Source: Utricularia gibba
Lineage: Eukaryota > Plantae > Magnoliophyta
Direction of reading: 5' to 3'
DNA length: 64,000 nt
Assembly (NCBI GenBank): GCA_002189035.1
Contig: NEEC01000031.1
Span: 1-64,000, forward strand
Of this stretch, positions 42,230 to 55,596 are shown one piece after another. The notes below the pieces were generated by a model, which was not told the origin of the DNA, did not search any database, and was given only the letters and a program-made list of their open reading frames with translations. Every line of letters starts with the position of its first letter. Position 1 is the first letter of the stretch. The position numbers and the translations under genes were made by a program.

Positions 42230-44775
42230 CTAGTGATTCTCATTTCCAGGTTTCGAGCTTGGCTCTTTTCCAAGGAAACTGTCCAAAACAGTGTAAGAGA
42301 ACAGATGCTGAAACAACCTCCAAGTCCCAATTTTGAAATTTTAAAACATTATGCTACAAACAAACAGTATTACTTCCAAAGACCGATGAAACCGATTCAT
42401 CTTCAAAAACCTCGGTTTATCGTAGCAGCATTCCTTCTACTTCTATTTGAATAGGCATTGAAAGCAAACAACTCACCGCCTTTACCTTGGGTCAGTACCT
42501 TTTCTGATCCATTGCTTTGCTTCTTTTTTTGCATTTTGGGGCCTGAAATTTCTCAGGGAAGAATTGCTGTTATGCTTCCTGGAGGTACGCCCACGCCATG
42601 AGCTTCCCTGGTCTGGACAATAGCTGGCTGCTGGAACTTCTTTCTGAGACTCCGTGCGCTCATCACTCACTTCTGTTGAGTGCACAGCAACTGGCTGTGG
42701 AAGAAACATCCCGGGCATCAACACCTCATTCCTTTTAGGCTCAATCAATCCATTGTTTTCGTGCTGGAGTTTCAAGACGGCATCATATTTTTGTCTCCTG
42801 AACTTCTCATGATCGGATTGAAGAAGAATGTCTTCATCAGTGTCATTCTCACTCGGGTCCTGTGATTAAAAATTGTTGTCAGATGCTCGAAGGATTTACA
42901 AGTAAAGAGACAAGCATTTAGTCTGTGAGTTTAGGTAAATTTAGGCAATATGGTTTTGGGCAAAGCAAAGGATTCAAATACATCTAGGAGGCTGCAGCTA
43001 GGATTAGAATTATATAGGTGAATGAATGGTGTCATGTCGAAAAGTAACTAAAATAAGTGAACAATTACAGCATTAAGGGGTGCCATTAAGTAAATGTAAT
43101 AGAATAAAACGTAGTTAAGAGCATATGGCATCAACTGAAAAAAAAATTATGTGATGAATTAACACTAAAACTCTACCATGTGGGTGAAGCTCCCAACCAA
43201 GTCCAAGACATGCTCGATGTCCTTTGCAAGAAAAACTTTACGACAGACCGGACAGTTTCCTGTTTTTCCTTCCATCATGAAAAAGATGATTAAATGATGG
43301 ATAAAGAAGCCTAAACAACAAACTAAAAGCATCGAGTACATGTTTCAGCAGAAAAAACCTTTTTGATCTTCTTCAGTTCTTACTGACGAAGATGAACCTG
43401 TATCCTCCGTGCTTTCTGTCTGGATCCAATTCCACCACCTCACTATGCAGTCACTATGATGGTAAGATGTATAAGACCCTATCAGTATCTAAATTAAAGT
43501 GTGTGTGTGTGTGTGGAGGGGGGGGGGGGGATGCGGTGGATATGAACACTCACCAATGAAAGCAATGGAAACAAGACATTAACTTCATAAAGGGCTTAGT
43601 GCTGCTCCCTGCATCCTTATCAAGTAATGAATACAAGCACAAGGGACAATCTCCATCTGGATGATTCATACTAGAAAGCTGCTCTACGCCTTCCTGACAT
43701 AAACAATGCCAGAAGGAGGTCAAAAAAGGTTCACAATGACTGCAATAGAGCTGATTTTTTAACCTCACAAAGGGCTACAAGCATTAAGCCAGACGAAAGC
43801 TCAGAAGATTTGTTGTGTATGGAATTTATAAGAGACCTCTGGCGCTGCTCATCAAGACCCTTGGAGTCAATAACTTCAACATCAGGTGGCTCTTCAGGGT
43901 ACTGCAGAAACAATGTTACATATCTTTTGTTACCATCCAAAAGGGTAAACATTCTCTGTGACGACAGAACGAGTCACATACTGATAAACTGCGGACTACC
44001 AAGAGCAAGATGTAAATAATATATGAGAAAAACAGCAGAAGCTTCCGTGCAACCTTTTAGTTGTAAAATAGCAAGTTCATGCGAGCATAATCACCTTAGG
44101 ACCAGCTAGTATCCTGATAGTGGCTCCAACAAACTGCAAAAAATCACTACTTTCAACATTGATTATCATTGCAATTATCTCGATTAACACCCCAGCATGA
44201 AAGAAATGCATAATGACCTTGTTGTCAATTGGATAGACATTTAAAGCACAATCATTTAAATTAATGGCAAATTTTCTAGAGGAAAACATAAACAGGCCTA
44301 TTTTTTTGGTCAGGCATGCCTGTCTGAAAGCGAGTAAAAAAACAAAAAAAGTTGAACCTCCTAAAAATTTGCACGGTCAGTTACCTGGTAAACAACACCC
44401 ATAAATGGATACAGGTTACCGTGATAGCTACACATATGCACTAAAAAGCCAAAGAAATGGTGGATGAAATCTTTTTTGTCTGATTATGGAGCTAGAAACT
44501 CATCCTTTTCTAAAAAAGCTTAATATATTTCCCTGGATAGGCAGCACTGAATTTCACCAACCGAAATCCACAAAAATCTGATAGTTACATAAAAAACGCT
44601 GAAACAGCAACCTTTCAGCGAGAAAGAAAAGCGCATACCTGCTGAGAGAAGACATCAGCCGTTCGAGGCTGAAGATGAACAACGAGATGTGGGGGTATGA
44701 TTCGATGACATCACAATCATCGCCATACACCGCCTGAACCGCTTCAACTTCTGCAATCACTTCCTCATCTGCCAT
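42230..44775 (-). CDS. RWD domain plus RING E3 ligase (RNF25-like), multi-exon; frameshift at G run 44691-44695; 3' end uncertain (42230 or 42482)
   Basis: MADEEVIAEVEAVQAVYGDDC..YP[P]HLVVHLQPRTADVFSQQ; YPEEPP..DSKGLDEQRQ; NHPDGDCPLCLY..FMKLMSCFHCFH. Confidence 0.88.
43499..43530. repeat. (GT)8 microsatellite followed by a G13 run, intronic
   Basis: gtgtgtgtgtgtgtgt at 43499-43514; G run 43518-43530. Confidence 0.9.
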
Positions 44776-44899
44776 CTCCGCCGGAGACGCTGCTAATTCC
44801 CGGCAAGTTCCTCTTCAAATCGCGCCGGTTTCCGATTAGTCCATATGCTTCCGGCCATGCTTTCAGAATTAAAGAAAGCCCGTTTTAGTAGTTGTTCAA

Positions 44900-45025
44900 G
44901 GCCCAAATATTTTAATGGGCCTCAGCCCAGAGAATACCGTATATTTAAATCTCCGTGTCTCTCGATTGCTCTGGATAAGCATTAATCTCCGCCTTTGTAC
45001 TGTGGTGTCATTGCGGCTAGGGTTT
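44900..45025. promoter_or_regulatory. Head-to-head promoter (RWD/RGGA) with site II motifs and a telo-box
   Basis: GGCCCA 44900, TGGGCC 44916, AGCCCA 44924, TAGGGTTT 45018; start codons about 400 bp apart. Confidence 0.55.
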
Positions 45026-45171
45026 GGCGAAGCACTTCGTTTTCTTCACGTCTTAGTATCTCCAGATCTGGTTCTTCTCTTGAAGATGGAGAATACGGGT
45101 TTCAGTTGAGGGAGTTGCGTGTGTGATCATCGTAAGGTTGGGCTTTTTCTGTCTGGTGCCTCTTCGAGGAA

Positions 45172-47017
45172 ATGGCGACATTGAACCCATTTGATTTGTT
45201 GGGGGATAATGATACCGAGGACCCGTCGCTGTTGATTGCTGCTAGTCAGCAGAAGGTCGAGCCCAAGAAAAGCCCGGCTTTGGCAGGTAAGCAGCCGCCG
45301 CCGGCGCAGAATAGGGAGGCCACCGTACCGCAGGCTAAGCTTCCCTCGAAGCCTCTCCCACCTGCTCAGGCTGGTAATTGTTTATATAGCTATGATTTTT
45401 AGTTTATTTTCAGATGGAGCTGACTTGTTTTCGTACCTTTTTGTGCTATTAAAGTTGTGCCTTTGTTCTAATATCCTATCATTGGTTAATGCCTACTATG
45501 GTTAAGGTGTGTTGATTGATAACCAGTGAATCCACCAGCCAAGCATGAATATGGACCAGTGTATTCATATTTCAATATTTTATGTTTTGTTATTGACTTT
45601 GCACTCGTATTAAAATAGTCAGAGAAGCTAGATCCGAATTTACCCGAGGAGGTCGTGGCAGTGGGCGTGGATATGGACGTGGGCGTGGAGCTGGAGGAGG
45701 CTCTTATAGAGATTCACAGAACAAAGAAAATTCTTTTGGTTCTGTTGATGTCCCAGCCCGACAGGGTGCTGTTGATGGTTCTGATGCTGGTAAAGCTTCT
45801 GAAAGGCGCCCTGGGTATGCTGGTAGTCCCCGTGGCGCACCTCGTGGTGCTCGAAGAGAAGGGTTCGGCAATGGGGAAATTGGGGATGGAGATAGGGACC
45901 GTCCTCACAGGACCTTTGACCGCAGAAGTGGAACTGGAAGAGGGTATGCATGGCTTTTTGTGTTAGATACTCATAATTTTTTTTTTCTGGAAATATAAAT
46001 TAAATGTGTCTTTCGAGATCCATCCGTTCTAATTGATGTTGAAATTGACACTTGATTAACCACTGACTGATGCTAAGCGTTTTTACTCGCAGAAGTGACA
46101 TCAAGAGAGGTGGAGCTGGCAGAGGCAACTGGGGTACCCAGGCCGATGACGTGGCTCAGTGAGTATTTTATTCGTTTTAGTGTCCTCAACACCACAGGAA
46201 AACTGAACACGTTGATTTCGTGTATTTGTAGAGGGACTGAGGAAGTAGTGGCCAAGGAAGAGCAGAAACCAGTCAGCGAAGAGAAGCCTCAAGCTGAAAA
46301 TGAGCCTCCAACAGATGGAGACAAGGAGGCGTCTGCAAAGGAAGTTGAAGGAAAGGAAGCTGAGGACAAGGTGAGGAACATCCTAAGCTCATTTCATTTT
46401 CTATGCTAACAAAGCAAACCACGTTAAGACAAGTTTTCTGTCTATTCGAATGCAGGAGATGACGCTTGAAGAGTATGAGAAGCTTCTTGAGGAGAAACGG
46501 AAGGCACTGTTGGCACTGAAAACCGAGGAAAGGAAAGTGGATACCAAGGAATTTGAATCAATGCAACAACTTTCAAAGAAGGGTGGTGGCGATGTATTTA
46601 TCAAACTGGTTAGACTCACTTCATTTGCGGCAAAAACATAATTTGTACAGTGCACGCTTCTTATTTTCAACTAGACTCCATCTTCACAGGGGTCTGACAA
46701 GGATAAGAAGAAGGAACTTGCAGAGAAAGAGGAGAAAGCCAAAAAGGTAATATTCAGCAACCCTTCGTTTTGGTCATCTAAGTCGCACCGCCCACTTCTC
46801 TCATCCTTAACTCCTATCCTCTCGTGCGGTCCAGTCTGTTAGCATCAACGAGTTCCTGAAACCTGCCGAGGGTGAGAGGTACTACAACCCCGGTGGACGT
46901 GGGCGAGGCCGTGGCCGTGGCCCTCGAGGTGGATACACTGGAGTTAGTGGCTTGACCAGTAACAAGGACTTGGGCATCGAGGATCCTGGGCAGTTCCCCA
47001 TCTTAAGTGCAAAATGA
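45172..47017 (+). CDS. RGGA: RGG-repeat RNA-binding protein (Stm1/HABP4 family), multi-exon
   Basis: MATLNPFDLLGD..KLPSKPLPPAQA|VREAR; RGG repeats; FDRRSGTGRG; GAGRGNWGT; EMTLEEYEKLLEEKRKAL; IEDPGQFP. Confidence 0.93.
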
Positions 47018-47698
47018 GACCTTTTCTTATGGTAACTTCTGGACCACTGCATCAACGTTGGTTTTTGTCAGCCGGGGCTGGAGTTCATCAGAACTGGTCT
47101 GCTATATTGTCGTCACCTGATGTTGCATTTTTGTTCCTTGTCTTTGTCTTTTTTACTGGAAAAATGTCCTCAAGGTCAATGTGTCAGCTACTGCTAGATA
47201 CTGAATCGCCAGTTCTTTTCTGCTTGGTAAATTTTGCTGTTCATTTCGGGCCTGAATTTGCCTGTTGGTTAGACTTATTATCGTTGACAAAACTAACTCA
47301 AGTTTTTTTTCTTTTGTTATCTAATCTCAATTATGGGCTAAATACCTTTACTGAAACGCATAGAAAATAAACATAATGTCATAAAATGGAAACATGTCTC
47401 GCCGGAGGCGTCAGAAAAATTTTGGCATTCCAAGTTACAGAAAACGGGGAGCCAAGTGTTGGGAGCTCGGGCAAGAATGCCCCATGGAGAAGAAGTATGG
47501 AAGGAGACGAAGATGCGAAGAAGAACGTAGACCAGAAAATTATTACAATAAACTACTCATGTTAACCGTTTTTCCCAACGGTCACAGGAAACCGCCACCT
47601 TTTTTCACCCGCGAGTTTGTATCGCTTTCTCATTTTCCCGCACTAGTTTGAAGCGATCATCTCCGGCGCGACGCTTGGTGCCAGCCAAGCGTCGGTGA

Positions 47699-49213
47699 AT
47701 GGATACCGAACTTGCCAACTACTTCCAAGAGCTTACTCCCCAAGATATCTCCTTTTCTTCCTGGCTTTCGGATGAGAATCCTACTCTCGGCCTGCCGGAA
47801 CTTCCCCCCACCAGAATCAACCTTCGGGGAAGATCCGGTTCACGGCATCGACGTTGCGGGTGACCCGTCTCACGCTTCTAATGTCTTGGCCGTCTTCAAC
47901 GGGGCAGATGAAGGTGCGGATGTATCCACGGCGGGTGTATCATCAGTTCCACTTGGAGAAGGCAGCAGTTGCCGGAACCCTGTTGATTCGTTGCCCGGCT
48001 TCGGATACTCCAACCCCGAATCGCAATTCTCCTGCTTTTGCTGCCAAACCCTGAGAGAGATCACTCATTTCAATGGTTCTGTTGTGTTCATCCCATAGCT
48101 ATAAAAAGAACAAAATTGGTGGAAGACTTAACAGCAGTTGTATGTGTCGTTCCAGGATTAGACGTCAAGCGTATTGAGATTCATGGAAGATTAGGGATAA
48201 TCACACATGCTGTTCTATCTAAGCAAGATTTCGATTCGGCTGTTCCAACTCCGACCAATCGATTCATAGAGTAAGCCGCAAGTCGAGATCCAAATGAGAA
48301 AGAACTGCATCAGAGTAGTCTCAGTGTCAGGTTCTGAGTTGCTTTTTATTCTATTCCTCTTACATTGTAGTCTCAGCATGGAGGGCACCCGGAAGGTTAA
48401 GAAGTTCTTGCTCCATTACTTCAAGACCTGCGAGGAAGAAGGGTACTTCCCGCTTGAAGATCCTCTCTTCCCCTTCTACGATGCACTTTCCGTCGGATCC
48501 AACGTCTTGGATGGCTTCATTTCTTCGTCTCCGGACAATACAGGTTCGTTCATACGTAAATGCGTGTAGCCATCTGCTAGGCTTCTGGGAGAGTACCTGT
48601 GATTTACTCCCTGTCAATGAATGGACCTGTAGATGTTATAGATAGTTTTCGATTTCTCTTTTAACTTGATTCCCTTGTGAAGATGATGCCCTTGTAGAGG
48701 AGAAGCAGAAAATGAAGCCACTGGATGGTGAAAGCAGCGCAGAATATAAGAAGGTTTCCCTTTCCAAACAGGTAGGACTGAAGGCGTTGCTTAGTTCGAG
48801 GCATTTGTAAGATTGAAAGCTTACTGCTCTACTGGCATGAGCAGCGTGAAAGAACACGGAACTTGAAGATGAAGGACTTGAAAGACTACTTCGATCTTCC
48901 GATGGAAGACGCTGCCCGGAGGATGAACGTTTGCCCCACCGTGATCAAGAAGATATGCCGTAGAAGCGGGGTGGAACGATGGCCTCATCGGAAGGTAGAT
49001 ACCTATCTCCTCAACCGATCCTTGCTCTCGTTGAACAACATCTTTTATGACGTCGTTTTTATGTACATGCAGATCAAATCCATTGAAGGGAAGATATCGC
49101 GAAAGCTGAAGAAACTCGAATCGAAGGACGAGGACGAGAGGGAGAGGGCGCGAGCAGATATAAGAAAGCACAGGAAGGAGCTGGAAAGGATATACCAGGA
49201 GTACTCCCGGTAG
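47699..49213 (+). CDS. RWP-RK transcription factor (RKD-type) with extended N-terminal domain; start at 47699 (needs a frameshift at C run 47804-47809) or 47772
   Basis: Exons ..CFCCQTLREITHFNG | LDVKRIEIHGRLGIITHAVL | KVKKFLLHYF..EGYFPLEDPLFPFYDALSVG | DLKDYFDLPMEDAARRMNVCPTVIKKICRRSGVERWPHRK|IKS.. Confidence 0.85.
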
Positions 49214-49381
49214 ATCATTCTGATGCATGACTTGTAAATATGAAGCACAGATGTAGAAGAGGAAAACGGGTTCATGAATAAAACTACTGGGAATTCTGCA
49301 AAAACTAAGCATAACAACAGCATAAGCGAACTTACATCAGAGAGGAAGGTGTTCTGTACATGTCGAGAACGAGGAACCCTG

Positions 49382-50753
49382 TCATGAATGGTGGCTCGAC
49401 CGCCGGTGCTTCCGCCGGAAAGGCTTACAGGCTTCGATACTGAGGTCGACTGCAGCGGCCAGAGCCATGAATATTGCCGCATCCTCGACGCAAGTCACAT
49501 GGCGGAGGGCGAGTTGTACTAGTGGCTTGCTTGGTTTCCCTTCTCCGAGTACTCTGCATCTCATGACAAATCCACACTGGGAAGGGTTAAGGCAAGCGAA
49601 ATCTCCACTGCTTTGAGGACTGGGTAATGGGGTCGCGTTCCCAGGTTGGGTATGCCGATCGGTGTCGATGAAAAACTCGCCACCCTTTTCAGCATTGAGA
49701 GTCACTTCGGACATGAGAAGCTCCCCTGCATCATGAACATCAGAGAGGACATGGAAGCGGAAGCAAATGGAGTCACGAACACCTCGCTCTCGCCATGCTT
49801 CCAGTTTACCCCACGGCTGCCAGCTCTCCGGCCTGCAGGCATCCGGACGGACGATCAGCCAGGCTCCTGGGTTGGATTTAGCCACCCAATCACAACCGGT
49901 TGATGGGACAAATGGAGTGGTTATGAAGGCGGCTGCAACAGCTGAACCAGAGAGATCATGTATCTTAACCTTCCATCCCCTTCTTTCTCTTCTTTCCTTC
50001 TCGTTGTTTGATCCATCAACGGTGTTCAGCCACGCTGCGCTCAGTGGATCCATGGGAGATACCCTATAGTTATAGCTGTTTTTTTCCGGTCAGAAAACAA
50101 GAAATGAAAAGGTTGAAGGAACTAAAACAAGCAGCAATTGCAAGTCACCTGTCACGGCTGAACTTGCAGCTGAAAATAGGCTGCTTCACAGAGCCCTGGA
50201 GCTGAACAATCTGTGGACTCAGCTTCGTCTCATCTTCAAACTGAAATACGTATCGAGGATCTGGATTCAGCTTCACTTTGAGATGAAGCTCTGCCCCAGG
50301 TTTTCCAGAATCCTGCTTGTTTTTGCCGATTCCAACCCACCCGTTGACGAGAACAATAGGCTTTCCTTCTCCCCATTCAGGAGAGACATTCAATCTGAAC
50401 ACCCCAATTGGCTTTTTGATGACAACACCACAGTTAGAGTCCTTCTTCCTCGTAAACACGCCTATCTCGAGACAAGCATGTGAAGCATAGAAGCAACTAG
50501 GGGCCAGCAATGCTCTCAAATCTGATTCTTCAAGATAGAAGCTGGAGACAACTGTGTGAGCAGTAGGATTTGCTTCAGGGGATGTTACATAAGGAATTGT
50601 CGTCGTTTGCACAGGGAAGCCACGAAGACGAATCTCACAAATACAAGGAGCTGATAAAGCAGGAACGCACGAGTTCCCGGCAGCAAGAACCGTCTCAGGA
50701 ACTCGAATTCCAAGCGAACCAATAGATAGCCGGATGAAATTCTGAGGGTCCAT
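49382..50753 (-). CDS. DUF1005 family protein, two exons
   Basis: MDPQNFIRLSIGSLGIR..CEIRLRGFPVQT..LHLKVKLNPDPRYVFQF..PQIVQLQGSVKQPIFSCKF; ERRERRGWKVKIHDLSGSAVAAAF..SNPGAWLI..WGKLEAWRE..AAIFMALAAAVDLSIEACKPF. Confidence 0.9.
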
Positions 50754-53312
50754 TCCAGTCACACGTAGGTGTCCATTTCCTTCAAATCACCAAATAAAGA
50801 AGGTTCACAGAATCTGCAAAAGAAATCAGCAAAGGCATTTTTTTAGTCATCGAAGAATCACTTTTCCGTTGTAAGTAAACCACAACAGCAGCAGAGCAAA
50901 CTAAACGTAAAGGGTATGGAGCGTCGAGCTCAAATTCCATCTTAGTGGAAAAGCGGATTTATTTTTAACAACTTGCCAATCAGGAAGACATAAAAAATGG
51001 ACAAGAGAGCATTAAAAATTGATACATCAAACATCATACTCAGCGTATGCTTTATCATTACGCCTGCCCCCCAAGGAAAACAAGGGATGGTATGTTAGAA
51101 TCAGACAGGAAAAGCAAGTGTCCTGCTTTCCGATACCAGATTGGACCATAAACATAACGGGAAACTTCAAGAATTCTTACAGCAAACATTTACTGCACTT
51201 TCTCTCCAATTTCAACCTAAAAACTCAAGAATTTACAGTACACTGTTCTGGGGCATCAAGAATTCTTATATCAATCTTTTACCGGGCCTGATCTTTTCCA
51301 TTTCCCACACCCAAATCTCAGTATTATAGACAAGACAAACAAAAGAAGCCACGGATCATCTGGAAAAAAGTCCCACAGAACCTACTTAGGATATGGTGCA
51401 TTACAAAAGGAGAGGCAAACCAACACCAACGAGCACCACCCACGTTGTCATTCAAGAAACGCAAACAAGAGAGCATCCCCTGCTCTTAAAAGTATCACCA
51501 AATCCCCCCAGAAAAAAAAAAAAAAAAAACTTCAGTTCCAAAACAAGAAAGCTGCAAAAAGGTACCATAACTGGAGTCCCGTTCCCGCCTCTCCAAAAAT
51601 GGGTGAATCTCTTCAAACGCTTTATTCGGCTTCAGATCTATATGCCCAGTAGCGAAAAAAGATCAAAACTTTGGGTCCAACGAAAGAAGCAATGATTGTC
51701 GGGCAACGAAAAACAAGCACGAATCGCCTAAAAAGTAAAAACTTTCACAAATCACGAGGAGCGCGGGCGTGAGTTGAGAGAGTTAGAGTGGACGTGCTTC
51801 GCCGGGGTTGGGTTCAACAAGTTAATAAAAACCGCAGAGATGAGATGAGTCAACAAAACAAAAAGGAAATAAACAAATTCCGACAAGGAGTCTTTCTCTT
51901 CCTCTCTCTGGATGACAGCCCATACTTTCCTAAATTAATTACTCTGATTATTTCCAAATTTTCATTTACAACAAACAACTAATATTCCAAAATTAATTAC
52001 TCTTTTTTTTAAACAAAAAAAAGTAGTTAGACGAATAAGAAGGCAATGGAACCTCAAATCCTTCTCAGTGAAAGCGGACACACCATCGCTGCGAATCTTA
52101 TCTTCAAGATCGCTCACATGGCGTTGCTTATGCCATGATTGGGATCAGCATCACCCCCACCCTCCCCTCAATTTGTTCTAATTAAGATTATTATCTTAAT
52201 CTTGTACGAGACATTTTTTTCCCGAAAATGCTAAGTGATGAACATGTTCGGATCACCATTCGAGAAGATGATGAATGGGGACACCAACATATGAAGTGAG
52301 ATTTGTCTGAAATTAAAGGCAATCTGTAGGGATAGAAGGATGTTTTTTGAAGGGAGGGAGCTGGATGCAGCTGTAACCCTAAAAGCTTTGATTCTTGATC
52401 AACACTTCGTTTTCAAGTCCACATTGCTCATACTTTGACAGCCTTATTTCATAGTATTATTCTTTTTTTTTCCTTGAAAAAATATGAAATAATTGCATTT
52501 GAGTGTTATTTGGGTGATTATTTTGCATGCACTACGGTAGTTGATACGTAGGGAGGATGTTACTTGTGGCAATGAATCGGGCGGGACATTCTCCACCACA
52601 TGACAACGCACTTTCGTTTGCTTATCGGATTTGATCTCATCACCATGATCAAGACTTTGTCCAAAATCCAAATCATTCATTTGAATCATGTAACGAAAAC
52701 CCAACTCAGTTTATGTGTTTCGAATAAATGATTTCGATTTCGAACCGAAAGTTGGTATTGTTTTTTGATGTTGGATTTCAGGGTAACAAGATGAAGAGGA
52801 TGGTTGAGTTTGTGCAATTCTTTGATGCTCCTCATTGAATGTGTGTTGGTTGAATGGATTCTCCAGAAATTATTTTTTAATTGTGGAAATAATAATAGAA
52901 TAAATAAATGTGGGAATTGATAGAAAGGGAGGGGTTATGGTACAGCTAATATGACGTGGAACAGCGGCGCCGTTGGGCCCACCAAACACCCATCCACTGC
53001 GATGCACCGGATTCGACGTCTCCATCCAGAATCCAAATACATCAAATTAAATATTTATTTATTTACTCTCTCTTTCTCTCAAAAAAAAAAAAAAAAATCG
53101 CTTCGATTTACTGTGGGCCTAAAATATTACTAGGTTCGAATACAGCCCATGGGTCTGGATGGGTACTAAAACACCGCTCGGCCCATTTAGAATGTTGTAC
53201 AGAAGATGCACCAGGTTGGAATGAGAGGTTCGAACAAGAAAGTGACATGGGAGTAGAGCTGCAATACTAGATTCGCACGACTTTGAACTGGTTTGATTGT
53301 TTGATTGGTGCT

Positions 53313-53965
53313 TCACTTCCATTTCTTGTACATCTTGTGCTTCCCAAACATGCCATGGCCTTTCCACCGCTTCCCAAACTTGCCATGTTTGAACTTGCCA
53401 TGGTGGTGATGCCCCATGAATCCCCCGTGATGGTAGTGGTGCCCGCCGTGGCTTAGTTGGTGGAGACCGTAAGCTGCGGCTGCCGCAGCTGCACCTCCGG
53501 CTAGAAGAGGCGCTACTCCTCCGTGGCCTGCAACACCAGGAACCATGCTATTAAATGCATGATGCATTGTGGAATGAAAAGGGGGTTCTTGTCTATGGGA
53601 GAACACATGATCTCTGTGTTCATCTATTTCCCTTGTGCAAACATGCGTAAAAAAAACTCAAAGGAGAAGAAGTACCATGATGAGAAGGACCGGGATAACC
53701 GGATGGAAGATATCCTGGTGGTGGAGGATATGCAGGTGGCGGAGGATAACCGGCAGGGGGGTATCCGGCTGGTGGGTACCCGCCGTGGGAGGATAGGGAG
53801 CCGGAGGATATCCGGCTGGTGGGGATATGGCGCAGGTGGGTATCCCTGCGGAGGATAAGGCCCCTGATTGTAAGGGTGATGATGATGCCCTGCAGCTCCG
53901 GCAGCATACGCTGCGAGATTTGAGAACAGCCCTTTATCCTGGTTATTGTTGTCGTTCGGATCCAT
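53313..53965 (-). CDS. Glycine/proline-rich protein (GPRP, XYPP repeats), two exons; two 1-bp frameshifts at 53787-53789 and 53821-53824
   Basis: DKGLFSNLA, GYPP repeats, LAGGAAAAAAAYG, HGKFKHGKFGKRWK..KKWK*. One extra G in each run restores continuous YPP repeats. Confidence 0.9.
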
Positions 53966-54892
53966 TTTTCGGAAAGCCTGCAATAGATTCGTCAAAGAAC
54001 TAGCAATAAGCTAGGGTTGATAGGGCATGAACAATGAACACGAACTCCAAAGTTATCTTTTTCACCAGATTATCAAGAACCCAATACCGACCAAAAACTG
54101 CGTAAATCAAGGACCAGATTCACAATTTATTGTAAAGAAAGATGAGCAGAGGCGACAAATCACGGCATCGCTAGTTCCAGGAACAAATTTCGGCATACAG
54201 CATCAACCAATCCCCAAATTCGCTCGAAAAACAAGGCATAAATCGAGAAAAAGCTTAACTCTCCAGCGAAACTTGACGAGTTGTAAGAACAAATATCGGA
54301 ACGATTCTACCACAAATTCGCCGAGGAAATTATGGAATTCTCGTTTACCTGAGGAAAAACTCCGACGATGAAAACCTGAAGCAGGAATATGAAATGGGGC
54401 GGCTCGTTTTTTTGTATTAGGCGTTCCTTCAACGCGTTAATTATGGAAGATAGCGATTCCCCACAGTGGACGAATCTGCGAATTTTGGAAAGGAAACACC
54501 AGTTACAATACTTTAAAATATCTTCGGGTGGCGTGACGGCAAAGCAGTTGAAGAAACTTCAGCAAGATTGAATTTTTAACCAACAATTTTTAGTGACCCA
54601 TGATCGGATCCAGACAACTACCCGCCATGGTGGTGAAAGCCGTGAAAGCAACCACAAAACTGCTCATCATATCGGACCAGTACCATGGCTGCCTGTGGAA
54701 GAAGATGGCAGCGCCGCTGGCTTCGCCCTCGTCAGGCTAAAGCTCTCGACTATCCGATGCCGGTGCATTTCAACGCTCTCCCAGACGACGGACGCAATTT
54801 CGGTTCTATAAGCAAGTATGGGGCAAAGCGCGTTTATGGGGTGACGGAAATGTGCTGGAGGAAGCTGCACATACAGACGTTGCATTGAACCT

Positions 54893-54958
54893 CAGTTTGG
54901 ATGGAGTCTAATAGAATCTCCTCACAGTTTGGATGGAGTCTAATAGAATCTCCTCACA
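54893..54958. repeat. Perfect 32-bp tandem duplication
   Basis: cagtttggatggagtctaatagaatctcctca x2 (54893-54924, 54925-54956) plus ca. Confidence 0.92.
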
Positions 54959-55145
54959 AGTCTTTGAGGGCAGCCTCCATTAGAGAAGACAGCTGAAGCA
55001 AGAACATTTTGGAATAACCAGAGCACCCACGCTTCTTCCGCACAAAAAGGCCAACTTTCAGAACCTAGAAAACAGGTGCAAAAGAATCAGCTAACTGATG
55101 CCTAATTAGAATTGATGAAAGTTCATAAGCCACCTCAATTTCCAG

Positions 55146-55596
55146 TTAATTCGTCACAAAATGAGGAGAAAGCAGCTTCACATTCTCCATCATTCTCACT
55201 TTATCTTTCCCATCAAACACCTTCCTCAGCATTGCATCGCACACAATCTCCCTTCTTGCTCATCTGATTCTGCAGAAAAAGTCTCCCAACAACAGCACAT
55301 GCACAACCTAAAAGCACCCTAATTACAGAAAACGTCTATAATCACCTGTAGACTGTTCAACCTGGTGTAACCCCAGACTTCATTCACAGCTTCCACACGA
55401 GAAATCTTGAGCGAGGCGACCACGCTTTGGAGAGTATAAGATATCGGCAAGACTCCCGTTATGTCCGCCGAGTTTCATACCATTGCTCCCCTTCCCCCAC
55501 GCCGCCGCAGAAACAGCCTTTTTCCAACGAATTACAGCATATCGCGAGATGGCGATAAACCCGGGTTCGGCGAAGAAATCCTAACGGCGGAGACAT
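55146..55596 (-). pseudogene. Degenerate small SWIB/MDM2-domain gene
   Basis: GG[fs]ITGVLPISYTLQSVVASLKISRVEAVNEVWGYTRLNSLQ | intron | NQMSK[fs]REIVCDAMLRKVFDGKDKVRMMENVKLLSPHFVTN* matches the organellar SWIB pattern (SRTDA..W.YIK..LQ|NPA.KREI.CD..LK.IF.GKDKV...LLSPHFV). About three frameshifts, not in G/C runs. Confidence 0.75.

Noticed and set aside
52235-52310. Possible C/D-box snoRNA (GTGATGA..TGATGA..CTGA)
   Set aside because: No terminal stem, no convincing D' box and no rRNA/snRNA complement I could recognise.
54893-54958. 32-bp direct repeat as a CRISPR-like array
   Set aside because: Two adjacent copies with no spacer, in a plant nuclear context.
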